From assembly GCA_905182345.1 (NCBI GenBank), contig CAJJBG010000013.1, positions 14,656 to 78,655 of the forward strand: 64,000 nucleotides of DNA. Reading direction: 5' to 3'. The stretch comes from Pelagibacteraceae bacterium AG-422-B15. Its GTDB lineage: Bacteria; Pseudomonadota; Alphaproteobacteria; Pelagibacterales; AG-422-B15. How positions within the stretch are numbered: the first letter of the stretch is position 1; each line of letters opens with the position of its first letter. Shown here piece after piece: positions 11,399 through 20,864 of this stretch. Below the pieces are notes generated by a model. It worked only from the letters and a program-made list of their open reading frames with translations. It made no database searches and was not told the origin of the DNA. The translations under genes were made by a program, and so were the position numbers.

Positions 11399-11964
11399 AT
11401 CTAATTTTACTTGGGCCACCTGGTGCTGGCAAGGGAACTCAGGCGAAAATGATTTGTCAAAAATTTAATCTATGCCATCTATCTACAGGCGATATTCTTA
11501 GAAATGAAGTTTCCAATGGCACTGATTTAGGTGTGCTTGCTAAAGATGTAATCGATAAAGGCCAGTTGGTCTCTGATGATATAATTATTAAAATAATAAA
11601 AAGTTTTTTAAATGAAAATAATAATAAATTCTCTGGATTTCTATTTGATGGGTTTCCTAGATCACTTGATCAAGCAAACAAACTAAATGATTTAATGAAA
11701 AGTATTAATATAGTTATTCATAAAGTGATTTTACTAAATGTTGATCAGTCAGTATTACTTGAACGTATTATACAAAGAAAAGAAGTAGAAGGACGAAAAG
11801 ATGACAATAAAAATGTTCTTGAATCTAGGTTAGATGTATACCTTACGCAAACACAACCGCTCGTTGATTATTACAATGATCTTAACTTACTTAAAAAAGT
11901 GGATGGAACTAATGAAATTAATCAAGTAAATCAAGATATTAACACTATCTTGGAGGCTGCTTAA
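11395..11964 (+). CDS. adk: Adenylate kinase (short LID)
   Basis: GPPGAGKGTQA P-loop, LSTGDILR, DGFPR, RKDD. Confidence 0.98.
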   Translation: MNLILLGPPGAGKGTQAKMICQKFNLCHLSTGDILRNEVSNGTDLGVLAKDVIDKGQLVSDDIIIKIIKSFLNENNNKFSGFLFDGFPRSLDQANKLNDLMKSINIVIHKVILLNVDQSVLLERIIQRKEVEGRKDDNKNVLESRLDVYLTQTQPLVDYYNDLNLLKKVDGTNEINQVNQDINTILEAA

Positions 11965-11969
11965 TATGC

Positions 11970-11997
11970 TTGACCATTTGCTTAATAATCATATAAT
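11970..11997 (+). promoter_or_regulatory. sigma70-type promoter for the rpsM-rpsK-rpoA-rplQ unit
   Basis: TTGACC-N16-TATAAT in the only large gap (72 nt) of the ribosomal cluster. Confidence 0.65.
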
Positions 11998-12036
11998 CCG
12001 CCAATCTCTCAATAACTGCAATCAAAGGATATATCT

Positions 12037-12414
12037 GTGGCTCGTATAGCTGGTGTAAACATTCCAAGTCAAAAAAAAATAGTAATAGCTCTTACCTATG
12101 TGTATGGAATTGGAAGAAAATTTTCAGTTGATATATGTAAGGAAGCTAATATTGATGAAAACATTAGAGTTCAAGATTTATCAGAAGCTGATATTAAAAA
12201 AGTTACAGATATTGTATCTGCAAGCTTTACTGTAGAAGGTGATCTTAGAAGAGAAGTTTCTGCAAATATTAAAAGACTAAAAGATTTAGGTGCGTATAGA
12301 GGTGTTAGACATAGAAAAAATTTACCATGTCGTGGACAAAGAACACATACCAACGCAAGAACAAAAAAAGGTAAAGCTATAGCAATTGCCGGAAAGAAAA
12401 AGATAACTAAGTAA
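12037..12414 (+). CDS. rpsM: 30S ribosomal protein S13 (GTG start)
   Basis: [32 protein letters not shown]; AAGGA upstream. Confidence 0.99.
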   Translation: MARIAGVNIPSQKKIVIALTYVYGIGRKFSVDICKEANIDENIRVQDLSEADIKKVTDIVSASFTVEGDLRREVSANIKRLKDLGAYRGVRHRKNLPCRGQRTHTNARTKKGKAIAIAGKKKITK

Positions 12415-12415
12415 T

Positions 12416-12805
12416 ATGGCTGATAATAAAATAGTTAAGAAAAAAAAGTCTAAAAAGAATATTGTTTCTGGTATGGCTTATATAAGCGCATCATTTAATA
12501 ATACTATGATTACAATTACCGATGAACAGGGCAATAGTGTAGCCTGGTCATCTGCTGGTGTAAAAGGATTTAAAGGATCAAGAAAATCAACTCCGTATGC
12601 AGCGCAGGTTGCTGCTGAGGATGCTGGAAATAAAGCTAAAGAATTTGGCTTAAAGAATTTGCAGGTATTTGTAAAAGGACCTGGCGGAGGAAGAGAATCT
12701 GCTTTACGTGCTTTACAAGCAGTTGGATTCTATATCACGTCCATTAAAGACACTACTCCGATTCCACATAATGGATGTAGACCACCTAAAAAAAGACGAG
12801 TTTAA
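12416..12805 (+). CDS. rpsK: 30S ribosomal protein S11
   Basis: [35 protein letters not shown]. Confidence 0.99.
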   Translation: MADNKIVKKKKSKKNIVSGMAYISASFNNTMITITDEQGNSVAWSSAGVKGFKGSRKSTPYAAQVAAEDAGNKAKEFGLKNLQVFVKGPGGGRESALRALQAVGFYITSIKDTTPIPHNGCRPPKKRRV

Positions 12806-12832
12806 ATATTTATTAATATAAAGGGTAATAAC

Positions 12833-13855
12833 ATGAGCATAATAAACAACTGGCAGGCATTAATTAAGCCTTCTAAATTATCACTAGTGCCGTCAGATAC
12901 TTCTAGCTTTCAAGCTACGTTAACGGCTGAACCATTAGAAAGAGGTTTTGGGTTAACTTTGGGCAATGCAATTAGAAGAGTTTTATTGTCATCTTTACAA
13001 GGAACAGCAGTTACAGCTATTAAAATTGAGAATGTACTGCATGAATTTTCATCTATTGACGGTGTCAGAGAGGATGTTACGGATATTGTTTTAAACATTA
13101 AATCTCTTTCTTTAAACATGCATTCGGAAGGCGTTAAAAAAATGTCATTAAATGTTACTGGTCCAGGAGAGATTACTGCTGGAATGATTAATGCTCCTTC
13201 AGAAATTGATATTATTAATCCCGAATTAGTTATTTGTAACTTAGATGATAATGTTGAGTTTAATATGGAACTAACTGTAACCAAAGGTAAGGGTTATGTT
13301 GCCGCAGAGCACAATAAAATAGAAGATGCTCCAATTGGCTTAATACCCGTAGATTCAATCTTTAGCCCTGTAAAACAAGTAGCTTATAGCGTTGAGAACA
13401 CACGTGAAGGTAAAGTTTTAGATTATGATAAATTAACTATGACAATTGAAACAGACGGCTCAATTTCACCAGAAGATTCAATTGCTTTTGCCGCAAGGAT
13501 AATTCAGGATCAATTACAATCATTTATTAATTTTGACGAACCCGAAGAAATTATTGCTGAACCAGACGCATTAGAGCCTCAGTTTAATAAAAATCTATTA
13601 AGAAAAGTAGAAGAGCTAGAGCTATCTGTCAGATCAATGAATTGTCTAAGAAATGATAATATCATTTACATTGGTGACTTGGTTCAAAAAACTGAAACAG
13701 AAATGTTAAGAACACCAAACTTTGGTAGAAAATCACTAAATGAAATAAAAGAAGTTTTAGGTGTTATGTCATTATATCTAGGTATGGAAGTTCCAAATTG
13801 GCCACCAGAGAATATTGAAGAAATGGCAAGAAAAATTGAAGATCCTTATAATTAA
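12833..13855 (+). CDS. rpoA: RNA polymerase subunit alpha
   Basis: [45 protein letters not shown]. Confidence 0.99.
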   Translation: MSIINNWQALIKPSKLSLVPSDTSSFQATLTAEPLERGFGLTLGNAIRRVLLSSLQGTAVTAIKIENVLHEFSSIDGVREDVTDIVLNIKSLSLNMHSEGVKKMSLNVTGPGEITAGMINAPSEIDIINPELVICNLDDNVEFNMELTVTKGKGYVAAEHNKIEDAPIGLIPVDSIFSPVKQVAYSVENTREGKVLDYDKLTMTIETDGSISPEDSIAFAARIIQDQLQSFINFDEPEEIIAEPDALEPQFNKNLLRKVEELELSVRSMNCLRNDNIIYIGDLVQKTETEMLRTPNFGRKSLNEIKEVLGVMSLYLGMEVPNWPPENIEEMARKIEDPYN

Positions 13856-13875
13856 AATTTACAGAGTATAAAAAT

Positions 13876-14241
13876 ATGAGACACGGTATAGCCAAAAGAA
13901 AATTAAACAGAACGTCTACACACAGAATCTCTATGCTAGAAAATATGGCAGTGTCTTTGATTAAAAGTGAGACAATTAAGACTACCTTACCAAAAGCAAA
14001 AGAACTCAGACCATTTGTTGAAAAAATTATTACTTTGGGCAAAAAAAATACAAACGCCTCTAGAATAAATGCATTTAGCTCGCTTAGAGATGGCGAAGCG
14101 GTTACAAAAGTTTTTTCTGATCTTTCTAAAAGGTTTGAAAAAAGAAATGGTGGATACTGTAGAATTGTAAAGGCTGGCTTCCGTACAGGCGATAAGGCTC
14201 CAATGGCATATATTCAACTCTTAGATCAAGAAGCTAAATAG
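13876..14241 (+). CDS. rplQ: 50S ribosomal protein L17
   Basis: [34 protein letters not shown]. Confidence 0.99.
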   Translation: MRHGIAKRKLNRTSTHRISMLENMAVSLIKSETIKTTLPKAKELRPFVEKIITLGKKNTNASRINAFSSLRDGEAVTKVFSDLSKRFEKRNGGYCRIVKAGFRTGDKAPMAYIQLLDQEAK

Positions 14242-14294
14242 TCTAACCAATCTCATATTTAAGGCTCTTTAGTCAAAAAATAAAGATTACTTGT

Positions 14295-15170
14295 ATGGCT
14301 AAACATTTAAGCTCAATAATTATTGAAGATATTGATATTGATACAAGGCTAGATCGATATTTAGTTAACTCCCTTACAGTTCCTCAAAGTTTAATCCAAA
14401 AAGATCTTAGAAAAGGCTTAATAAGAGTCAATGATAAGAAGAAAACTGCAAACTATAGAATTCAAGCAGGTGATATCATACAACTTTCAAAAAATTACGA
14501 AGAAAATGACAAAAGAGTAATTAGCAAGCCAAACAGTAAAGATCTTGAAAGATTAAAGAAATCTATAATATTTTCAGATGTAAATTATTTTATAATTAAT
14601 AAGTGGAATAAAATAGCTGTTCAAGGTGGTAGTGGTCTAAGGAAAAATCTAGATGATACATTAAACGGCTCGAATCTTTTTAATAGCAGACCATTGCTGG
14701 TTCATCGCCTAGATAAGGACACTAGTGGGATTTTAATTTTTGCACTGAATAGACCATCAGCAAAACACTTTGCGGATTTATTTAGTGAAAGAAAAATAAC
14801 AAAAAGCTATGAAGCTGTTGTTATTGGTGTTCCAGATAATGATCTAGGTGTAATGAACAATGATATTATTGAAGACGATCAAGTATATAATGCAGAAACT
14901 AAGTATAGAATTATAAAAATATTATCTAATAACTTAACTCATATAGAGTTAAGTCCTATAACAGGACGAAAACACCAATTAAGAATTCACTGTAAATTAA
15001 GTGGTTTCCCCATCTTAGGTGACAATAAGCACTATTTACCTGTGTCAAAAGATTTTAAAAATGAAAATAATCTTTTTTTACATGCAAAAAAAATTCAATT
15101 TGAAGATCAAACAGGTGAGCTGATCAAAGTGGAAGCAGATTTACCAGAACATTTTTTTAATTACATATGA
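14295..15170 (+). CDS. rluC: RluA/RluC-family pseudouridine synthase with N-terminal S4 domain
   Basis: VHRLDKDTSG catalytic motif, TGRKHQLR, PILGD, LFLHA; S4-like RLDRYL..RKGLIRVN. Confidence 0.85.
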   Translation: MAKHLSSIIIEDIDIDTRLDRYLVNSLTVPQSLIQKDLRKGLIRVNDKKKTANYRIQAGDIIQLSKNYEENDKRVISKPNSKDLERLKKSIIFSDVNYFIINKWNKIAVQGGSGLRKNLDDTLNGSNLFNSRPLLVHRLDKDTSGILIFALNRPSAKHFADLFSERKITKSYEAVVIGVPDNDLGVMNNDIIEDDQVYNAETKYRIIKILSNNLTHIELSPITGRKHQLRIHCKLSGFPILGDNKHYLPVSKDFKNENNLFLHAKKIQFEDQTGELIKVEADLPEHFFNYI

Positions 15171-15209
15171 TTGTCTAATTTAAATTAATTAGTTATTATA
15201 GGAACCATT

Positions 15210-16742
15210 ATGAAATCAATTATAGAAGAGCTAGAAAAAAAAAGAAGCCAAGCCAGAGAAGGTGGTGGCAAGAAAAGAGTTGATGCACAACATGCTAAAG
15301 GTAAGCTTACAGCCCGTGAGAGAATAGACGTACTTCTAGATCAAGATACTTTTGAAGAATATGACATGTACGTTGAACATAGGACTAATGACTTTGGGAT
15401 GGGAAAACAAAAGTACCCTGGTGACAGTGTTGTTACAGGTAGTGGAAAAATTAATGGAAAATTAGTTTACGTTTTTAGTCAAGACTTTACAGTTTTTGGA
15501 GGCTCTTTATCAGAAGCACACGCAGAAAAAATTTGTAAAATAATGGATATGGCACTTAAAGTTGGTGCTCCTGTAATAGGTATAAATGATTCTGGTGGAG
15601 CTCGTATTCAAGAAGGCGTGGCTTCCTTAGCAGGATATGGAGATGTATTTCAAAGAAATGTCCTTGCCTCTGGAGTAGTGCCACAAATATCTGTAATTAT
15701 GGGTCCATGTGCAGGAGGTGCTGTTTACTCACCTGCTATGACTGACTTTATTTTTATGGTAAAAGATACCTCATTTATGTTTGTCACAGGTCCTGATGTT
15801 GTTAAAACTGTAACTCAAGAAAATGTTACTCAAGAGGAATTAGGTGGAGCCAAAACACATACTTCAAAATCCTCTGTTGCAGATGGAGCGTATGAAAATG
15901 ATATCGAGACATTGTATGAGGTAAAAAAACTAATAAATTTACTACCATCAAGTAACAAGGAAAAATCAATCAAACATAGCACTGAGTATCAAGACCTTAG
16001 TCCTGATCTATCATTAGATACCTTGGTACCTGATAATCCAAATAAACCATATGATATGCTTGAGCTAATAAATAAAGTTGTTGATAATAGTGACTTTTTT
16101 GAAATTCAAGCTGAGTATGCAAAAAATATGATTGTTGGCTTTGGAAGAGTACAGGGCCGTACCGTAGGACTTGTAGCTAATCAGCCTTTAGTTTTAGCTG
16201 GCTGCCTAGATATAGATGCAAGTAAAAAAGCAGCTAGATTTGTAAGGTTTTGTGATTGTTTTAATATCCCAATTATAACATTTGTAGATGTTCCAGGGTT
16301 TTTACCGGGCGTTTCACAAGAACATAACGGTATTATTAAAAACGGTGCTAAATTACTTTATGCCTATGCCGAGGCAACTGTTCCAAAAATCACCATCATT
16401 ACGCGTAAAGCGTATGGAGGAGCATACGTAGTTATGGCCTCAAAGCACTTGAGAGGCGACATTAATTATGCGTGGCCAACTGCTGAGATAGCCGTAATGG
16501 GGGCAAAAGGAGCTGTAGAAATTCTATATAGAAATGAGCTTAAAAATGAAAAAGATATTGCTGAAAAAACAAATGAATACACCAAACAATTTGCTAATCC
16601 ATTTATTGCATCTAGCAGAGGTTTTATTGATGATGTTATCAAGCCACAGTCTACAAGAAAAAGAATAGCAGTTGCATTAGATAACTTGGAAAATAAAGAG
16701 TTAACATCACCATATAAAAAACACGACAATATACCGTTATAA
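15210..16742 (+). CDS. pccB: Propionyl-CoA carboxylase beta (carboxyltransferase)
   Basis: [46 protein letters not shown] end. Confidence 0.92.
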   Translation: MKSIIEELEKKRSQAREGGGKKRVDAQHAKGKLTARERIDVLLDQDTFEEYDMYVEHRTNDFGMGKQKYPGDSVVTGSGKINGKLVYVFSQDFTVFGGSLSEAHAEKICKIMDMALKVGAPVIGINDSGGARIQEGVASLAGYGDVFQRNVLASGVVPQISVIMGPCAGGAVYSPAMTDFIFMVKDTSFMFVTGPDVVKTVTQENVTQEELGGAKTHTSKSSVADGAYENDIETLYEVKKLINLLPSSNKEKSIKHSTEYQDLSPDLSLDTLVPDNPNKPYDMLELINKVVDNSDFFEIQAEYAKNMIVGFGRVQGRTVGLVANQPLVLAGCLDIDASKKAARFVRFCDCFNIPIITFVDVPGFLPGVSQEHNGIIKNGAKLLYAYAEATVPKITIITRKAYGGAYVVMASKHLRGDINYAWPTAEIAVMGAKGAVEILYRNELKNEKDIAEKTNEYTKQFANPFIASSRGFIDDVIKPQSTRKRIAVALDNLENKELTSPYKKHDNIPL

Positions 16743-16743
16743 T

Positions 16744-18723
16744 ATGATAAAAAAAATTCTTATCGCTAATAGAGGCGAAATTGCATGTAGGATTATAAAA
16801 ACTGCAAAAAAAATGAATATAAAAACTGTAGCTGTTTACTCGGACGCAGATAAGAATGCTAATTTTGTAAAGTTAGCTGATGAAGCGTATTACATTGGAC
16901 CTTCAGCTCCCAATGAATCATACCTGGTTATTAATAAAATTATTGAGATTGCAAAAAAATCAAAGAGCGACGCTATACATCCTGGTTATGGATTTTTATC
17001 TGAGAATTTTAACTTTGTTAAGGCACTTGAAAAAGAAAAAATAAAGTTCATAGGGCCTAACAAAAATGCAATAACAAAAATGGGTGACAAGATTGAATCT
17101 AAGAACCTTGCAATGAAATTAAAGTTAAACGTAATACCTGGCCATACTGAAGCAATTAAAGATCCTAAGAAAGCTATTAAAATTGCTGAAAAAATTGGCT
17201 TTCCTATCCTATTAAAAGCGTCAGCTGGTGGTGGTGGAAAGGGAATGAGAATAGTAGAATCACGTGGAGAATTAGAAGAAAATCTAAAGGCGGCACAAAG
17301 CGAGGCCCTAAATAGCTTTGGAGATGATAGGGTGTTTATTGAAAAATATATTATAAATCCTAGACATATAGAAATTCAAATTCTATGTGACAAACATGGA
17401 AATCAAATTCATCTAGGTGAACGTGAATGTTCAATACAAAGAAGATATCAAAAAGTTATAGAAGAGTGCCCATCCTCATTTGTTGACAATGAACTGCGTG
17501 ATGCAATGGCAGAACAGGCACTTAGATTAGCTAAGGAAGTAAATTATGATTCCGCAGGTACAGTTGAATTTGTGGTTGACGATAAAAAGAACTTCTATTT
17601 TTTGGAAATGAATACACGTTTGCAGGTTGAGCACCCAGTTACAGAGCTTGTGACAGGAGTGGATCTTGTAGAGCAAATGATTAACTGTGCCAATGGAAAA
17701 AAATTAAATTTAAAACAAAAAGATATAAGCCTTAATGGCTGGTCCATTGAATCAAGAATATATGCTGAAGACCCTCTAAAAGATTTTTTACCTTCAATAG
17801 GAAGAATTATTGAATACCATGAGCCAAAGCAAACAAAAGACGATGAGCTCATAAGAAATGATACGGGTGTTTCGGGTGGTTCTGATATCAGTATATTTTA
17901 TGATCCAATGATTTCTAAACTAGCTGTGCATGCCCCCAGCAGAGACAAAGCTATTAATCTTATGATTGATGCATTACAGCAATACTATATTTCTGGTGTG
18001 ACTCATAATATTGCATTTTTGATCTCAACATTAAAAAATAAAGATTTTAAAAGTGGAGCTATAAATACAAATTTTATTAAAAAAAACTATCCAAAAGGTT
18101 ACTCTTATAATTATGGAATGAATAAATCTTTAATAAAAAAATTCAATTATGCAGCAATTTTAATTTATAAAAAATTAAACTCAACAAGCAACGAATCAAA
18201 TCTTTCAGTAATTATAGACAAAAAGGAAACAAGTTTTTTAATTAACGAAGTTAATCTATCTAATGATTCTTTTTCTATTAGCTTAAACGAAAAAGATAAA
18301 CAACACTTTATAGAATCTGCTTGGAAAAATAATGAAAAAATAATGAAATTAAAAATTGATGATGAACTTTGTTTTATAAAAGTTAATAAAGTCTCTAATT
18401 TTAATCAATTTTCACTAACAGCTGAAGACTGTAGCTTAGACTTAATCGTTGCTCCTGAAAAATACAAAAACCTTTTCAATTATATGCCTGAAATTAAAGT
18501 AGAAGACTTGTCTAAGAAATTAATCTCTCCAATGCCAGGGCTTATTAAATCAATAGATGTCAAAAAAGGGCAGTCAGTTAAAGCTGGGGAGCAAATTGTT
18601 ATTATTGAGGCAATGAAAATGGAAAATATATTAAAGAGTGAAAAAGACTGTATAGTTGAAGATATTTTTATTGATGAAGGCTCTTCTGTCAGCACAGATG
18701 AGATACTAGTAACTTTCAAATAA
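16744..18723 (+). CDS. pccA: Propionyl-CoA carboxylase alpha (biotin carboxylase plus biotinyl domain)
   Basis: ANRGEIA, HPGYGFLSE, RECSIQRRYQKV, FLEMNTRLQVEHPV, EAMKMEN biotin site. Confidence 0.9.
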   Translation: MIKKILIANRGEIACRIIKTAKKMNIKTVAVYSDADKNANFVKLADEAYYIGPSAPNESYLVINKIIEIAKKSKSDAIHPGYGFLSENFNFVKALEKEKIKFIGPNKNAITKMGDKIESKNLAMKLKLNVIPGHTEAIKDPKKAIKIAEKIGFPILLKASAGGGGKGMRIVESRGELEENLKAAQSEALNSFGDDRVFIEKYIINPRHIEIQILCDKHGNQIHLGERECSIQRRYQKVIEECPSSFVDNELRDAMAEQALRLAKEVNYDSAGTVEFVVDDKKNFYFLEMNTRLQVEHPVTELVTGVDLVEQMINCANGKKLNLKQKDISLNGWSIESRIYAEDPLKDFLPSIGRIIEYHEPKQTKDDELIRNDTGVSGGSDISIFYDPMISKLAVHAPSRDKAINLMIDALQQYYISGVTHNIAFLISTLKNKDFKSGAINTNFIKKNYPKGYSYNYGMNKSLIKKFNYAAILIYKKLNSTSNESNLSVIIDKKETSFLINEVNLSNDSFSISLNEKDKQHFIESAWKNNEKIMKLKIDDELCFIKVNKVSNFNQFSLTAEDCSLDLIVAPEKYKNLFNYMPEIKVEDLSKKLISPMPGLIKSIDVKKGQSVKAGEQIVIIEAMKMENILKSEKDCIVEDIFIDEGSSVSTDEILVTFK

Positions 18724-18770
18724 AGCCTTTAAATAGCTTGAACCATTAAATCAATTAAGGCTTTTCTTTT
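18722..18770 (+). terminator. Possible weak terminator-like hairpin after pccA
   Basis: AAAGCCTT (18722-18729) pairs with AAGGCTTT (18757-18764), followed by TCTTTT; the 27-nt loop makes it doubtful. Confidence 0.3.
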
Positions 18771-18788
18771 CATAAGACAGATTAATCC

Positions 18789-18816
18789 TTGAATGATATA
18801 ATTCTGTCAATAAAAT
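18789..18816 (+). promoter_or_regulatory. Candidate sigma70 promoter for the acyl-CoA module
   Basis: TTGAAT-N16-TAAAAT in the 162-nt gap; GGAGAG Shine-Dalgarno at 18874-18879. Confidence 0.35.
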
Positions 18817-18885
18817 AATGAAAAGAGAGCACTTCCAAGTATTGTGTTGATCGTTAATTTTCAATTTTCTTTTGGAGAGAATTTT

Positions 18886-19668
18886 ATGAGCGCTGTAAAA
18901 ATTACAGATGAGAATGGCATCCGATGGCTGACCCTAAGTCGACCAGATCAGTTAAATGCTTTAACAGTAGATTTTCTCACTGAACTTAGTGAAGCTTTTG
19001 ACTCAGCTAGTACTGATAATAATGTACGCTGTCTAGTAATTACTGGGAGCGGACGAGCATTTTGCTCTGGTGCTGACGTTGATGAATGGGCTAGTGCTGA
19101 AGCACGCGGTGCATTGGAAACATATGGTTGGACTGAGGCTGCTCACTTAACAATGGTTAAGTTGACTAAAATACCAAAGCCAGTTATTGCAATGATTAAT
19201 GGTATTACAGTAGGAGCCGGTCTTGACCTTGCTCTATGTTGTGATTTTAGATATGCGTCTAATAAGGCTAAATTTAAAGCTGGGTACACGTCAATGGCAT
19301 ATTCACCAGATGCAGGCTCTAGTTGGCATTTGCCACGCTTAATAGGTCTAGAGAAAGCAAAAGAATTTTTATTTTATGATGAAACATGGCTAGCTCAACG
19401 AGCTCATGAATCAGGAATAATTACAGGCTTATTTGAAGCTGAAAAATTATCTACAGAAGTAGAGACACTTGCAAAATGTTTAGCTGCCGGGCCAACATTT
19501 GCCTATGGTAAAACAAAAGAACTATTAGATATTGGTTCTCAAAATACTTTATTAATTCAGCTTCTGCTGGAACAAGAGACAGGACTTTTATGTGGCAGAT
19601 CAGAAGATGCTAAGGAAGCAATCAAAGCCTCTATTGAAAAAAGAAAAGCAAATTTTATAGGGAGATAA
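18886..19668 (+). CDS. Crotonase-superfamily protein, PaaG/isomerase-like (start ATG 18886, not GTG 18844)
   Basis: RPDQLNAL, GRAFCSGAD, KPVIAMING..VGAGLDLAL.CD, PDAG; SD 6 nt before ATG. Confidence 0.9.
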   Translation: MSAVKITDENGIRWLTLSRPDQLNALTVDFLTELSEAFDSASTDNNVRCLVITGSGRAFCSGADVDEWASAEARGALETYGWTEAAHLTMVKLTKIPKPVIAMINGITVGAGLDLALCCDFRYASNKAKFKAGYTSMAYSPDAGSSWHLPRLIGLEKAKEFLFYDETWLAQRAHESGIITGLFEAEKLSTEVETLAKCLAAGPTFAYGKTKELLDIGSQNTLLIQLLLEQETGLLCGRSEDAKEAIKASIEKRKANFIGR

Positions 19669-19675
19669 TTAAAGT

Positions 19676-20836
19676 ATGAACTTTCAACTTTCTGAAGAAC
19701 AAGAAATGCTGATTAATTCAGTTCAAGCATTTGTAAAAAAAGAACTATTACCACATGAGGATGAAGTAGATAGACAGGATAATGTTTCGCCTGAACTAGC
19801 TTCTGATATTCGTCAAAAAGCAATTAAAGCTGGGTTGTATGCCTTTAACATGCCTATAGAAAGTGGTGGGCCAGGACTAGACTTTATATCACAAGCCTTA
19901 ATTGAACGTGAACTATCCAAATGTAGTTGGGCTCTTCACGTTAATGTGGCTCGACCTTCCAAAATATTAATGGCTTGTAAGGGAAAACAGATAGAGGAAT
20001 ACCTCAAGCCTTGTGTAGCTGGAAATAAAATTGATTGTTTTGCTCTAACTGAACCTGGTTCTGGTTCTGATGCTAATGCAATGAATACCAAAGCAAGTAA
20101 AGATGGTGACGACTTTATTTTAAATGGATCTAAACACTTTATAAGTCATGCAGGGTATGCCGATTTTGCAATTGTGTTTGCTGTTACAGGCACATATGAG
20201 CATAAGGGCCGTAGTCGAAATGAAGTAACTGCATTTCTAGTAGATTCAAACAGTGCTGGCCTAACTATTCGTCGAGGCCCCAACTGTACTAGTAATCGTG
20301 GTTACCATACCTTTGAGTTATTTTTTGATGATTGTAGGGTTTCATCTCAAAAGGTATTAGGTGAAACTGGCAAAGGTTGGGATGTTGCAAATGATTGGCT
20401 AACTGCTGGACGAGTTATGGTTGCAGCTAATTGCGTAGGTCAAGCTCAACGAGCCTTAGATGCCTCTCTTTCTTGGTCAGCAAACCGTAAGCAATTTGGT
20501 AAATCAATTGGAATGAATCAAGGAATTTCTTTTAAATTAGCTGACATGGCAACAGAAATAAGAGCTGCAGATTTACTAACTTTGTACGCAGCTGAAAAGA
20601 TGGATCTTGGCTCACTATCTGATGCTGATGCTGGAATGGCAAAATTATTTGCTAGTGAAGTTTTAGGCCGTGCAGTTGATGAGGCTGTACAAATCTATGG
20701 TGGAATGGGATTGATGGACCAAATTCCAATAGAAAGAATGTGGCGAAATGCTAGAATTGAAAGAATATGGGAAGGTACTTCAGAAATTCAGAGGCACATC
20801 ATATCACGAGAACTATTGGCACCATATCAGAATTAA
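19676..20836 (+). CDS. Acyl-CoA dehydrogenase, substrate unknown
   Basis: FALTEPGSGSD, LNGSKHFIS, RKQFG, QIYGGMG, RIWEGTSEIQR (catalytic Glu366). Confidence 0.95.
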   Translation: MNFQLSEEQEMLINSVQAFVKKELLPHEDEVDRQDNVSPELASDIRQKAIKAGLYAFNMPIESGGPGLDFISQALIERELSKCSWALHVNVARPSKILMACKGKQIEEYLKPCVAGNKIDCFALTEPGSGSDANAMNTKASKDGDDFILNGSKHFISHAGYADFAIVFAVTGTYEHKGRSRNEVTAFLVDSNSAGLTIRRGPNCTSNRGYHTFELFFDDCRVSSQKVLGETGKGWDVANDWLTAGRVMVAANCVGQAQRALDASLSWSANRKQFGKSIGMNQGISFKLADMATEIRAADLLTLYAAEKMDLGSLSDADAGMAKLFASEVLGRAVDEAVQIYGGMGLMDQIPIERMWRNARIERIWEGTSEIQRHIISRELLAPYQN

Positions 20837-20864
20837 TAAGCCAGCTTAGTCTCAATAGATAATT

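Noticed and set aside
11395-14241. Short-LID adk and no rpsD in the alpha operon
   Set aside because: Both are normal for Alphaproteobacteria
18738-18864. Three TTGA-Nx-TCAA inverted motifs upstream of the acyl-CoA module as FNR-like operators
   Set aside because: Spacings differ (9, 14, 10 nt), none matches TTGAT-N4-ATCAA, and such 4-mers are expected in AT-rich DNA
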